This document shows positions 7,895-16,854 of a DNA stretch of 64,000 nt, piece after piece (positions within the stretch are counted from its first letter, which is position 1; each line of letters begins with the position of its first letter). This DNA comes from an uncultured Oscillospiraceae bacterium (GTDB lineage Bacteria; Bacillota; Clostridia; Oscillospirales; Oscillospiraceae). Below the pieces are notes generated by a model. It searched no databases, was not told the DNA's origin, and worked only from the letters and a program-made list of their open reading frames with translations. Made by a program: the position numbers and the translations under genes. The stretch spans positions 1,914 through 65,913 of the forward strand of contig CAJTPV010000013.1 in the NCBI GenBank assembly GCA_910578505.1, read 5' to 3'.

Positions 7895-8672
7895 ATCAAC
7901 GATCATTGCAAAAACCGCCCAGGAGCCGGAGGACCGCCTGCTGCTGGCGCGCATATGGGATAAATACGAGCAGACGGAGCGGCGGAACATCCCCACGGCG
8001 ACAGTCTTTCTCAGCCCGCGGGAGCGGGCCATGGCCCAGAGCCTGCTGAACGCGGCAGGCATCCGCTCCGGCTATCTCTTTGACGGCGGCTATCCGGACG
8101 CGGAGCGTGTCCGGCTGCTGTTCCTGCCGGATTGGGCCGGGGAGGACCACGACGAGCTGGCCTTCCTGCGGGCGGCCTTTCACGGCGCGGACAGCGTCCT
8201 CTCCCACCGGGACATCCTGGGCAGCCTGATGGCCCTGGGGGTCACGCGGGAGCGGGTGGGGGACATTCTGGTCTCCGCCCACAGCGCAGACATTGTGGCC
8301 GCGCCGTCCCTGCGGGACTTCTTCCTGCGGGAGTGGAGCAGCGCGGGGCGGGTGAAGCTGACGGTGACAGAGATCAGCCGGGAGGCGCTGCTGGTCCCGG
8401 CGGCCCAGGTGAAGACCATCCGGGACACAGTATCCTCCCTGCGGCTGGACGCGGTGACGGCGCCGGCGTTCTCCATGAGCCGGGGGCGGGCCGCGGAGCT
8501 GATTGCCGCCGGGCGGGTGAGTCTGGACCACACGCCCTGCCTGAAGCCGGACAAGCCGGTGGGGGCGGGCTGTACCATCTCCGTGCGGGGCGCGGGGAAG
8601 GCCCGGCTGGCGGAGATCGGGGGTTTAACGAAAAAGGGACGAACCGGCATCGTCGTCCAGCGATTCCTATAA
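7887..8672 (+). CDS. S4-domain RNA-binding protein, YlmH-like.
   Basis: Its start overlaps the ABC stop. There is a C-terminal S4-like segment and N-terminal similarity to YlmH. Confidence 0.5.
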   Translation: MDKSTIIAKTAQEPEDRLLLARIWDKYEQTERRNIPTATVFLSPRERAMAQSLLNAAGIRSGYLFDGGYPDAERVRLLFLPDWAGEDHDELAFLRAAFHGADSVLSHRDILGSLMALGVTRERVGDILVSAHSADIVAAPSLRDFFLREWSSAGRVKLTVTEISREALLVPAAQVKTIRDTVSSLRLDAVTAPAFSMSRGRAAELIAAGRVSLDHTPCLKPDKPVGAGCTISVRGAGKARLAEIGGLTKKGRTGIVVQRFL

Positions 8673-8715
8673 CGCCCATAAAAACCCAATCATACCTGCA
8701 AAATCCAGCTTAATC

Positions 8716-8790
8716 GGGACGCGAAGCGCATAAAAGTTCTTTTTGAACCTTTTTCTTTCAAGAAAAAGGTTGAACACCAAGGGGGAGGCA
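8716..8790 (+). repeat. AT-rich palindromic intergenic repeat element, copy A, with core AAAGTTCTTTTTG..CTTTTTCTTTCAAGAAAAAG.
   Basis: About 90% identical to 41941-42015 and reverse-complementary to 44381-44425. It contains an 8-bp hairpin CTTTTTCT/AGAAAAAG and extends to the RBS of the downstream gene. Confidence 0.8.
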
Positions 8791-8796
8791 TTTATT

Positions 8797-9006
8797 GTGG
8801 AGCAGCATAAAATAGAGCGAATCAACGAGCTGGCCCGGAAGAACAAGGCCGAGGGGCTGACGCCGGAGGAGCTGGCGGAACGGGACGCCCTGCGGCGGGA
8901 ATACATCCAGTCCTACGTAGGCGACTTGAAAAGTCAGCTGGATCACACATATATCGTAGATAAACAGGGCCGCAAGCGCAAGCTGCGGCAGAAGGAGGGC
9001 CAGTGA
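8797..9006 (+). CDS. DUF896 (YnzC/UPF0291) family protein.
   Basis: The product reads VEQHKIERINELARKNKAEGLTPEE...REYI. A GTG start follows a GGGGGAGG RBS. Confidence 0.6.
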   Translation: MEQHKIERINELARKNKAEGLTPEELAERDALRREYIQSYVGDLKSQLDHTYIVDKQGRKRKLRQKEGQ

Positions 9007-10559
9007 TGGGCGAGTATTACGACAAGGACAGATTCAACGGCGGCGGGGAGTCCGGGCAGAACGCCCAGCAGGGACAGAAGGCCACCGGCTGGGGTTACGG
9101 CACGGAGTACAGCCGGGGGACCGGTGCAGGCTGGGGAGGCGCACCCGGCGGCGGGAGCGGCCAGCGGTCAACACCGCCGCCCAAGCAGCCCCAGCGCCCC
9201 AAGCAGGGGAAAAATGACGCATGGTGGTACAGCTGGCCCGCTATCATCATCCTCTTCTCCCTGGGGGCGTGGCCTATCGCGCTGATCCTGCTGTTTTATA
9301 ATATGTATGTCGTGGCGGACCAGGGCCGGAAAAAGGCTGTGGACCAGAAGGTGGCAAGCGTCGTGGAGCGGGCCGTGCAGAAGGCGTCCCGGCAGGTGGA
9401 CAAGGCGGCGGACAAGACCGAGGCCGCCGTGCGCCGCGCCGCCGAGAATGCAGGCAAGTCCTTCGAACAGGCCGCCAGGGATGTGGAGCAGACCATCAAT
9501 CGGGGGGCCAGGGACGTGGTACAGGCCCGGAACCTGCCGCCCATTGAGCAGGAGGTCTCGGCCAGGCCGGGGAAGAAGGCAAAAAAAGAGAAGGCCACCA
9601 AGGAGAAAAAGCCCCGCCGGAACGCCGGGATGCTCATGCGGCTCATCGGCATCTGCTGCCTTGCCGTCTGCGGGATCATCGGGCTGGATTTCATGTCGGA
9701 GCTGCTCAGCTACGGCAATGCTGATTTTGACAATTTCTTTGCCAGCATCGGCTTTTTTGCCGCCGGCGGGCTGCTGTTCTTCCGGGGGTCCTACCTGGGC
9801 CGCATGAGCCGCCGCAGCCAGCGGTATATCCTGGCCATCGGCAACACGGACGCCATGCCCATCGACACCATCGCCAAGCGGGTCAACCGCAAGCCCAAGC
9901 AGGCCATGAAGGAGCTGCAGAAGCTCATCGACAAGGGTTACATGGGAGAGGACGCCTATATCGACTACGAGCGGGGCTATTTTCTCCGCTTTGGGGCCAC
10001 TCTGGAGGAGGAGCCGGAGTTTGAACCTGATTCGGAGCCGGTGCGGGAAGCTCCTCCCGCGCCTGCGGAGGCGGAGCAGGGCTATTCCGGCATCCTGCGG
10101 GACATCCGGCGGGCCAACGACCGCATCGCCGACCCGGCGCTGAGCCGGAAGATCGACCGGCTGGAGCACATCACGGGGATGATCTTCAAGGAGGTGGAGG
10201 AGCACCCGGAGAAGCGGGAGCGCATCCACACCTTCTTCGACTACTACCTGCCCACCACCCAGAAGCTGCTGGATGCCTACGCGGATTTTGAGGAGACCGG
10301 CGTGGAGGGCGAGCACCTGCGGGAGGCCAAGGTCCGCATCGCATCCATCATGGATTCCATCGTGGACGGCTTCGCCCACCAGCTGGACCAGCTCTACAGC
10401 TCCGACGCCATGGACGTGGTCACGGACATCAAGGTCATGGAGGCCATGCTCAACCGGGATATGGCGACTATGGCCCGGGATTTTGGCATCGACGCCTCCC
10501 GGCCCGTGGAGGGCAAGCGCGTGAAAAGAGACGAGGACGGCCCCAGACTGCAATTATAA
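9003..10559 (+). CDS. Membrane protein with a C-terminal TelA/XpaC-like domain and a Gly-rich N-terminus with 2 TM helices.
   Basis: TM segments at ~80-100 and ~210-260. The C-terminal 200 aa resemble the toxic-anion-resistance/XpaC family. Confidence 0.35.
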   Translation: MMGEYYDKDRFNGGGESGQNAQQGQKATGWGYGTEYSRGTGAGWGGAPGGGSGQRSTPPPKQPQRPKQGKNDAWWYSWPAIIILFSLGAWPIALILLFYNMYVVADQGRKKAVDQKVASVVERAVQKASRQVDKAADKTEAAVRRAAENAGKSFEQAARDVEQTINRGARDVVQARNLPPIEQEVSARPGKKAKKEKATKEKKPRRNAGMLMRLIGICCLAVCGIIGLDFMSELLSYGNADFDNFFASIGFFAAGGLLFFRGSYLGRMSRRSQRYILAIGNTDAMPIDTIAKRVNRKPKQAMKELQKLIDKGYMGEDAYIDYERGYFLRFGATLEEEPEFEPDSEPVREAPPAPAEAEQGYSGILRDIRRANDRIADPALSRKIDRLEHITGMIFKEVEEHPEKRERIHTFFDYYLPTTQKLLDAYADFEETGVEGEHLREAKVRIASIMDSIVDGFAHQLDQLYSSDAMDVVTDIKVMEAMLNRDMATMARDFGIDASRPVEGKRVKRDEDGPRLQL

Positions 10560-10586
10560 TGAGTAGAGTATTGAAAGGAGCAAACC

Positions 10587-11198
10587 ATGAACAACGAAGA
10601 AAAGATTTTGGAGATGCTTGGGCAAGTCGTTGGAAGATTGGACAATATGGATACCAAGTTGACCGCACAGGGCGAACGGTTGACCCGGTTGGAGGAAAGC
10701 GTCGAGAGAATAGATACTACGCTGACCGCACAGGGCGAACGGCTGACCCGGTTGGAGGAAAGCGTCGAGAGAATAGATACTACGCTGACCGCACAGGGCG
10801 AACGGCTGACCCGGTTGGAGGAAAGCGTCGAGAGAATAGATACTACGCTGATCGCACAGGGCGAACGGTTGACTCGGTTGGAGGAAAGCGTCGAGAGAAT
10901 AGATACTACGCTGACCACGCAGGGCGAACGGTTGACCCGGTTGGAGGAGACTGTCAGTGGACTGCAGGAGACTGTCGGGGAGCTGGATGCCCGTTCCCTG
11001 AAGTCCGCCGTCCTTCTTGAGACGGATATCTCCCGCGACATCCACCTCCTCTACGAAGGGCACAGCGAACTGAGCAGGAAGCTGGACACGCTGGCAACCA
11101 AAGAGCAGGTGGAGGAGCTGGCCGGCGATGTGGACGTAATCAAGACAGTTGTCAGCCGTCACAGCGGGGATATCAGCAGGCTGAAGAAAGCACAGTGA
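10587..11198 (+). CDS. Coiled-coil protein carrying ~4.6 perfect 21-aa repeats (LTAQGERLTRLEESVERIDTT).
   Basis: AGGAG RBS. Near-identical 63-bp DNA repeats at 10660-10950. Confidence 0.6.
   Translation: MNNEEKILEMLGQVVGRLDNMDTKLTAQGERLTRLEESVERIDTTLTAQGERLTRLEESVERIDTTLTAQGERLTRLEESVERIDTTLIAQGERLTRLEESVERIDTTLTTQGERLTRLEETVSGLQETVGELDARSLKSAVLLETDISRDIHLLYEGHSELSRKLDTLATKEQVEELAGDVDVIKTVVSRHSGDISRLKKAQ
10660..10950 (+). repeat. Tandem repeat, 63-bp unit × ~4.6, in frame inside the 10587..11198 CDS.
   Basis: Units differ only by ttg/ctg and single substitutions. Confidence 0.9.
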
Positions 11199-11264
11199 CT
11201 CTGTGTCAGGAATCCTTTCTGCGCCCAAAATCCTACGGACGTTGGACTTCAGATAAATTAAACA

Positions 11265-11292
11265 GGAGGTAGGGATCAGTTTCCCTACCTCC
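11265..11292. terminator. Bidirectional hairpin GGAGGTAGGGA-tcagtt-TCCCTACCTCC between convergent genes.
   Basis: 11-bp stem abutting the stop codon of the minus-strand J-domain gene. Confidence 0.5.
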
Positions 11293-12851
11293 TACTTGAT
11301 TTCAGGGACGCGGTATACCTTCACGGTCTTCCCGCCGGCCGCGGCCGTCCCGGCGAGCTCCAGATCAATACTGCCCCTGTTGTCCTCATCCGACACACAG
11401 CAGACCTGGGCGCCGTCCGTGGTGAGATAGTAGTTCATCACCAATGTCTCCCCGCCAGCGTCCTGTCCGGTACACTGGGCCCAGTAGTAGGTCTCGCTGC
11501 CGTCCTCATTGGACGATATCCCCGTACTGCTGATCGCGTAGGGGCCAGGATAATCCTCGCCGGCCAACGAGACAGCCAAATCCCGGACGGCCTCAATGCC
11601 CTGCCGGTCCTGCTCCGGGAGCTGGTCCTCCGTAACCACACGGGGGCTGTCAGTCTGGGGGCTGTCAGTGGCGGGCGGGATTGCTTCATTGCTGTTCTGC
11701 GCGGTATGGGCCGCGTCCCGCGTATCAGCCGTCTGTTCCACGCTGATGGTCCCAGGCTCCGGACCCTTCTTTTCATAGGGACGCATGAGGAAAAAATAAT
11801 CGATAAAGACCACCGACAGCAGAATCCACAACAGAAACAGCGGCGCGCGCTCCTGTCGAAATACCCGCTTCCGCCAGGGGATTTTTTCCCGGCTGCCGTC
11901 CGCTTTCCGCTCACCGCTGTCCTTCAGCAGGCGGTACAGGCCCAGGTACATGGTCTCCGGTTTGCCGTTATAAAACTGGTAGACCAGATAGAGCTGCCGC
12001 TTGATATCATCCGGCAGCCAGGGATGCTCACTTAAAAAATCCTCCAGGCCGAAGATGAAGTCCATATTGTGCTGGGCGTTGCGGAAGGTGCTACTGTGGA
12101 GGAAAACAGACCACTGCTCCACAGACGCGCCGGAGGAACAGAGCACCTCCAGCGCATGCAGGGCCGCATAGGCCGCGCTCCACGCCTCCTCGCTCTCCAG
12201 CGCCCGGTCCCGCTGGGCCTGTTCCCGAACCCGCCGGCGCTCCCGCGCCTCCCGCAGGCGCTCCTCCGCCTTCCGGCGGCGGGCCTGACGGCGCTCCTCG
12301 TCCCCCTCAGCAAAGAGCCTTTCGTAGTCCCAGGCCTCCGGTCCGGCGGTGTTTGGGGAGTGGGGCCGCAGAGGCTCGCCGCCGGCCAGCAGCTGGTCGT
12401 AATCAAAGGCCCCGGTCTCCGGCCCAAGACGCTCTCTTGACGCCCCGCCGCCGTGCTCTGCGTGCTCAGCGTCTTCTCTGCCCGGCGGCGGTTCCGGAGG
12501 GGGGATCTCCAGATCCTCCTCCGCAAAAAGGGCGTCGTAGTCAAATCCTCCGTCCGGTCCGGCCTCCGGCACAGGCTGGACCGTCTGCTCCTGAAAGAGC
12601 ACGTCGTAATCGTAGCGCCGCTCCGCCGACGCGCACTCCATCTCCTCCAACAGCATGCGGGCGTCCTGCTCGGCGGCCTGGGCAATCCGCCGGGCGGTCT
12701 GATAGGCCGCGTACAGCTGCTGGAAGCCCTCCGGGTCCTCCTCCGGGTGGACGGCCTTCACCCGCAGGGCGTAGGCCCGCTTCACCTGGCCGGAATCGCA
12801 GGGGCCGTCCAGACCCAGTTCACTCCAGGGCCAGCTCATAGGCTCTCCCAC
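11292..12851 (-). CDS. J-domain-like membrane protein, a DjlC-like Hsp70 co-chaperone partner. It has an HPE motif instead of HPD, acidic low-complexity spacers and one TM helix.
   Basis: The N-terminus reads KRAYALRVKAVHPEEDPEGFQQLYAAY, which is J-domain helix II/III-like. The TM helix is LFLLWILLSVVFIDYFFL. The start overlaps the upstream Hsp70 stop by 16 nt. Confidence 0.5.
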   Translation of the reverse strand: MGEPMSWPWSELGLDGPCDSGQVKRAYALRVKAVHPEEDPEGFQQLYAAYQTARRIAQAAEQDARMLLEEMECASAERRYDYDVLFQEQTVQPVPEAGPDGGFDYDALFAEEDLEIPPPEPPPGREDAEHAEHGGGASRERLGPETGAFDYDQLLAGGEPLRPHSPNTAGPEAWDYERLFAEGDEERRQARRRKAEERLREARERRRVREQAQRDRALESEEAWSAAYAALHALEVLCSSGASVEQWSVFLHSSTFRNAQHNMDFIFGLEDFLSEHPWLPDDIKRQLYLVYQFYNGKPETMYLGLYRLLKDSGERKADGSREKIPWRKRVFRQERAPLFLLWILLSVVFIDYFFLMRPYEKKGPEPGTISVEQTADTRDAAHTAQNSNEAIPPATDSPQTDSPRVVTEDQLPEQDRQGIEAVRDLAVSLAGEDYPGPYAISSTGISSNEDGSETYYWAQCTGQDAGGETLVMNYYLTTDGAQVCCVSDEDNRGSIDLELAGTAAAGGKTVKVYRVPEIK

Positions 12852-14557
12852 TCGTCCGGGTCGGAGACGTCGATTTCACCGGTAAACGCCTCCACCTGGT
12901 CGAAGAAATCCGTGATCCGCCGGCAGGCCTTGGCCAGGCGCATGGGCTCCTGGCTCTCCACCTCGTGGTTGAACCACTCCAGGATCTCCCCCACCCGCCG
13001 CCGCAGGTCCCCCACAGTCACCGCGTACAGCCGCTCGCCCCTGGCGGAGATGGCCCGTGTGCGCTCCTGGTCCCTGGGGTGGAGCTTCAGGCCCGCCAGC
13101 TCCTGGATGCGCCGCTGGGCCTCGCTGTCGCTGACGCCGTCGTTTTTCAGCAGCAGCCGGGAGGTCTTGTCCCCCTCCGAGAGGACCTCCACCTCCAATA
13201 TGCCGTTGATGTCATAGGTGAAGCGCACCTGAATGGACTGCTGGCCCTTGGGGGCCGGGGGGACGCTGATCTTCAGGGAGCCCAGGAGGGAGTTGTCCTT
13301 ACAGTACCGGTTTTCCCCCTGGTAGACATCCACGTCCAGCACGGTCTGGTTGTCCCGCACCGTGCAGTACACGCCCATCTTGCTGGAGGGCAGCACGCTG
13401 TTGCGCTCAATGATGGGGGACATGACCGGCTGGCTGGGGTCGTTGTGGTTGCAGATGCTGATGCCCAGGGTGAAGGGGCACACATCCGTCAGCACCAGCT
13501 CCCGCAGGCCCTCGGCCCGGGCCTTCATGCCCGCGCAGATGCCCGCCCCCAGAGCCACGGCGATATCGGCCTGATCGCCGTCGGTGACCTCCCGGCCCAG
13601 GGCCTTGGCGATATACCCCCGCACGGCGGGCATGCGGCTGGAGCCGCCCACCATCACCAGCTCGTCCACGGCCAGGACCGGGGTGCCGCTGTCCACCAGC
13701 ACCTTGCGGATGGGGGCGGTCAGACGCTTGAACAGCGCGCCGCTCTTGCGGATGAGCCACTCGTTGGTCAGCGTCAGCGCGTGGATTTTGCCGGCGCTGT
13801 CGGTGTACACCATCAGCACCGAGCGCTGGGTGGTCAGGGCGATCTTGCAGCTCTCCGCCTGCCGCAGCAGCATCTCCTTCTGCTGCTGGTTCATGCCCTC
13901 GTAATCCAGGCCGCAGTCGCCGCAGAAGCCCCTGGCGATGGCCAGGTCAAAATCCCGGCCCCCCAGCCGGTTGTCGCCGCTGACGGCAGTGACGCTCACC
14001 ACGTTCTCAAAGCGCTCCACCAGGCTCACATCCAGCGTCCCGCCGCCGAAGTCGAACACCAGGCACAGCTTATCCACACCGCCCTCGCCGATGCGGGCGG
14101 ACACCGCCGCCGCGGAGGGCTCGTTGACCAGCCGCTCCACCAGCAGCCCCGCCAGCGCCCCCGCCCGCTTGGTGGCCGCCCGCTGGGCCTGAGCGAAGTA
14201 GGCCGGCACGCTGACCACCGCCTCGGTCACCGGCTCGCCCAGCCAGGCCTCGGCGTCCTCCCGCAGCTGCCGCAGCACCAGAGCGGACAGCTCCTCCGGC
14301 TTGAAGGTCCTGCCCCCTAAGGTGTAGGTCTTGTCCGTACCGATCTCCCGTTTGAAGCAGGACGCAGTGCGCTGAGGATGGGAGACCAGCCGCTCCTGCG
14401 CAGCCCGGCCCACCAGCACCGTGCCGTCGTCATCCAGACTGACTACGCTGGGCGTCAGATACTCGCCCAGGCTGTTGGGGATCAGCTGCGGCCTGCCGTC
14501 CCGCCAAATCGCCGCCAAGCTGTTGGTTGTCCCCAGGTCAATGCCAATGATCACCAT
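12836..14557 (-). CDS. Hsp70-family ATPase, a non-DnaK paralog (HscC-like).
   Basis: IGIDLGTTNS and DFGGGTLDVS signatures are present. The likely start MVIIGIDLG has a GGAAGAAGG RBS; the ORF track extends further upstream from a TTG. Confidence 0.8.
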   Translation of the reverse strand: MVIIGIDLGTTNSLAAIWRDGRPQLIPNSLGEYLTPSVVSLDDDGTVLVGRAAQERLVSHPQRTASCFKREIGTDKTYTLGGRTFKPEELSALVLRQLREDAEAWLGEPVTEAVVSVPAYFAQAQRAATKRAGALAGLLVERLVNEPSAAAVSARIGEGGVDKLCLVFDFGGGTLDVSLVERFENVVSVTAVSGDNRLGGRDFDLAIARGFCGDCGLDYEGMNQQQKEMLLRQAESCKIALTTQRSVLMVYTDSAGKIHALTLTNEWLIRKSGALFKRLTAPIRKVLVDSGTPVLAVDELVMVGGSSRMPAVRGYIAKALGREVTDGDQADIAVALGAGICAGMKARAEGLRELVLTDVCPFTLGISICNHNDPSQPVMSPIIERNSVLPSSKMGVYCTVRDNQTVLDVDVYQGENRYCKDNSLLGSLKISVPPAPKGQQSIQVRFTYDINGILEVEVLSEGDKTSRLLLKNDGVSDSEAQRRIQELAGLKLHPRDQERTRAISARGERLYAVTVGDLRRRVGEILEWFNHEVESQEPMRLAKACRRITDFFDQVEAFTGEIDVSDPDEWESL

Positions 14558-14811
14558 GATCCGCCTTCTTCCTATTTTGGAGGATTGGAGGGGCCGTTCC
14601 CCTGTCATCTGAATTTTACCATATTTTTTGTTGGATTGGAAGATGGGATTTTTAAAAATATGCCTGAAATTCAAGAAAATTTTTTGACGTCCGCCGGTGA
14701 AGCGGGCAATGGCTGAATTTTGGGGCATCCGGAGTGGACTCCAATGATTTGCCTGGGGCAGAATTTCCGCCCAGTCAGAAAAAAATTTGCCCGGCCATCT
14801 GAACATTTTCC

Positions 14812-14839
14812 TTGCATATCCCCCCAAGTAATGGTATGA
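14812..14839 (+). promoter_or_regulatory. Promoter TTGCAT-16-TGgTATGAT.
   Basis: Near consensus, upstream of the 14957 CDS. Confidence 0.45.
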
Positions 14840-14956
14840 TAGAAAGGAAGTTCCCGCGGGCCGCAGAAGCCCATGCCGGACAATTACGCGGAAATCCCTC
14901 AAATCCCCCAGCGCTGAGCCCGGCGCGGACAAGTTACAGAAAGCAGGTGCCCTCTA

Positions 14957-15387
14957 TGCCAGAAGAAGAAGTTGTGCAGCAGCAGCCCGCTGCCCCCCAG
15001 CCTGAGCCGAGGACGGAGGAGCAGCCCCTGTCAGAGGAACAGGAGAATGAGAAAAACCTGGAGGAGGAGGCCGCCGCCAAGGAAGCGGAACGGAAGAGAC
15101 AGCGGCTGGTGACCTTCCTGAGCGCGACGCTGCTCGTCTGCCTGATTGCGGAGGTTGCCCTGGCCGCCTATATCGGCCTGACCCTTTACCAGAATATCCA
15201 GAATCAGAAGCTGATGACCGCCCAGTACGAGGCCTATGTGGCCTTTCAGGACGAACAGCGGCAGAATCCGCCCAAGGTCCAGTACATCGGCCCCACCGTC
15301 CGCGTGGTGGACGGCGTAGTGGTGGACAACTACGCCGCCGGGGCGGCTGCCCGTGCCCAGGCGGCAGACAATGTCCCCGGTATTTAA
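14957..15387 (+). CDS. Hypothetical single-pass membrane protein with an acidic Glu-rich N-terminus.
   Basis: ORF with one TM helix (LVTFLSATLLVCLIAEVALAAYIGL). No recognisable domain. Confidence 0.4.
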
Positions 15388-15397
15388 GAACCTGTAC

Positions 15398-15452
15398 AGC
15401 GGCTCCCCCCATGAAAAGCAGCGCCATCTGCGCTATTTTTCATGGGGGGAGC
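15398..15452. repeat. Large inverted repeat, ~18-bp arms (GGCTCCCCCCATGAAAA...TTTTCATGGGGGGAGCC) with a nested inner hairpin.
   Basis: Seen directly in the sequence, immediately after the stop of the 14957..15387 CDS. A terminator or a protein-binding palindrome is possible. Confidence 0.5.
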
Positions 15453-15558
15453 CTGCTGTACAGATTTCATGGTTTGTTCAAAAAATTTTTGGTGACTTTT
15501 TCCACCGGATGGAGTACAATAGAAACACTATACCAATGGATAGGGGAGGAGTATTTCG

Positions 15559-16404
15559 TTGAGAAAGCTAAACGATGCCATTGACCGCTTCTGCGCCCTG
15601 CACCCCAAGCTGGCGATCCCGGGCCTGATGCGGTATATTGTCGGCGCTAACGCCGTGCTGTACGTCCTGAGCCTCTTCGCCGGCGCCGGGACCCTGAATT
15701 TCCTGGCCCTGGATATCAGCCGCGTACTTCATGGGGAGCTCTGGCGGCTCATCACCTATGTGCTGCTGCCCACAAACGGGAGTATCTGGCTGATCATCTC
15801 CCTGGTCTTCTACTACTGGCTGGGGGAGACCCTGGAGCGGATGTGGGGCAGCGCCAAGTTTACCTTTTACTACGTCAGCGGCACGCTGCTGACCGCCCTG
15901 GGACTGCTGGCGGCGTATCTCATCGACGGCGTCCACACGTCCCTCTGGGGGGCCTACTACGTGAATATGGCCATGTTTTTCGCCTACGCCCTCAGTTTCC
16001 CGGACGCGATGGTGCTGCTGCTCTTCATTCCCATTAAAATGAAATGGCTGGCGCTCCTGGACGCGGCCCTCTTCGCGGCGGATATCTTCCGCGCCGCAGC
16101 CGCCGGCGCGTGGGGCATTGCGCTGATGCCCATAATCGCCATGCTCAACCTGTTCATCTTCTTCTCCCCGGACTTCCGCCGGCGGGCGGACCAGGTGCTC
16201 TACCGGGCCCGGCCCCAGGCGGTGCAGTTCCGCAAGGCTGTCCGGGAGCAGCAGAAGCAGAAGGGCTACAACCACAAGTGCAGCGTCTGCGGCCGCACGG
16301 ACACCGATTACCCGGACCTGCAGTTCCGCTACTGCTCCAAATGCGCCGGGTACCACTGCTACTGTCAGGACCACATCTTCAACCACACCCACTTTACGGA
16401 GTAG
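15559..16404 (+). CDS. Rhomboid-like polytopic membrane protein (WRLxT motif present) with a C-terminal Cys-rich zinc-ribbon tail. The GxSG and His catalytic residues are not evident.
   Basis: TTG start after a GGGGAGGAG RBS. Six predicted TM helices. ELWRLITYVLLP matches the rhomboid motif. The C-terminus has CSVCG...CSKCAGYHCYC. Confidence 0.4.
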   Translation: MRKLNDAIDRFCALHPKLAIPGLMRYIVGANAVLYVLSLFAGAGTLNFLALDISRVLHGELWRLITYVLLPTNGSIWLIISLVFYYWLGETLERMWGSAKFTFYYVSGTLLTALGLLAAYLIDGVHTSLWGAYYVNMAMFFAYALSFPDAMVLLLFIPIKMKWLALLDAALFAADIFRAAAAGAWGIALMPIIAMLNLFIFFSPDFRRRADQVLYRARPQAVQFRKAVREQQKQKGYNHKCSVCGRTDTDYPDLQFRYCSKCAGYHCYCQDHIFNHTHFTE

Positions 16405-16443
16405 GGGGCCTGGGCAGGCGGCGCATTGCCCATCCGGCAGGAC

Positions 16444-16779
16444 TCAGTCCCAGGTTTCCCAGACCTCCGGGCAGTAGCCGACGGTGGCCTGCTTGCCGTT
16501 GCGGACAATGGGCGTCTGGAACAGCTGGGGGTTGTCCAGCAGCTTCTCCTCCGCCGCCTCCGCCGTGATATAGGCCATATACAAATCCTGATAGGCCCGG
16601 CACTTGGTGTTGACCAGCGCATCAAAGCTGAGACGCTGGCGGATGCTGCGGTACTCGCCGGGGGAGAGGCCCTTTTTCGCCATATCAATGTACTGGTACT
16701 TGATGCGGCGCTCCTTGAACCACCGCTCCGCTTTCTTGGTGTCAAAGCACTTGGAGGAACCAAAAATCTGAATATTCAT
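16444..16779 (-). CDS. ArsC/Spx-family protein with a single N-terminal Cys, YffB-like.
   Basis: MNIQIFGSSKCFDTKKAERWF... has an ArsC-family fold signature. Confidence 0.7.
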   Translation of the reverse strand: MNIQIFGSSKCFDTKKAERWFKERRIKYQYIDMAKKGLSPGEYRSIRQRLSFDALVNTKCRAYQDLYMAYITAEAAEEKLLDNPQLFQTPIVRNGKQATVGYCPEVWETWD

Positions 16780-16854
16780 CGCGATATCGCTCCTTTATGG
16801 GAAAATTGAGAGAAAACTGCGGCACAACGCAGATGAGGAAAGGGGAAGCGCACT

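Noticed and set aside
8716-8790. LexA (Cheo box) site in the AT-rich repeat, since ynzC is SOS-regulated in Bacillus.
   Set aside because: The element has GTTC-N5-GAAC, which is the inverse arrangement of the GAAC-N4-GTTC Cheo box. There is no match to CGAACRNRYGTTCG.
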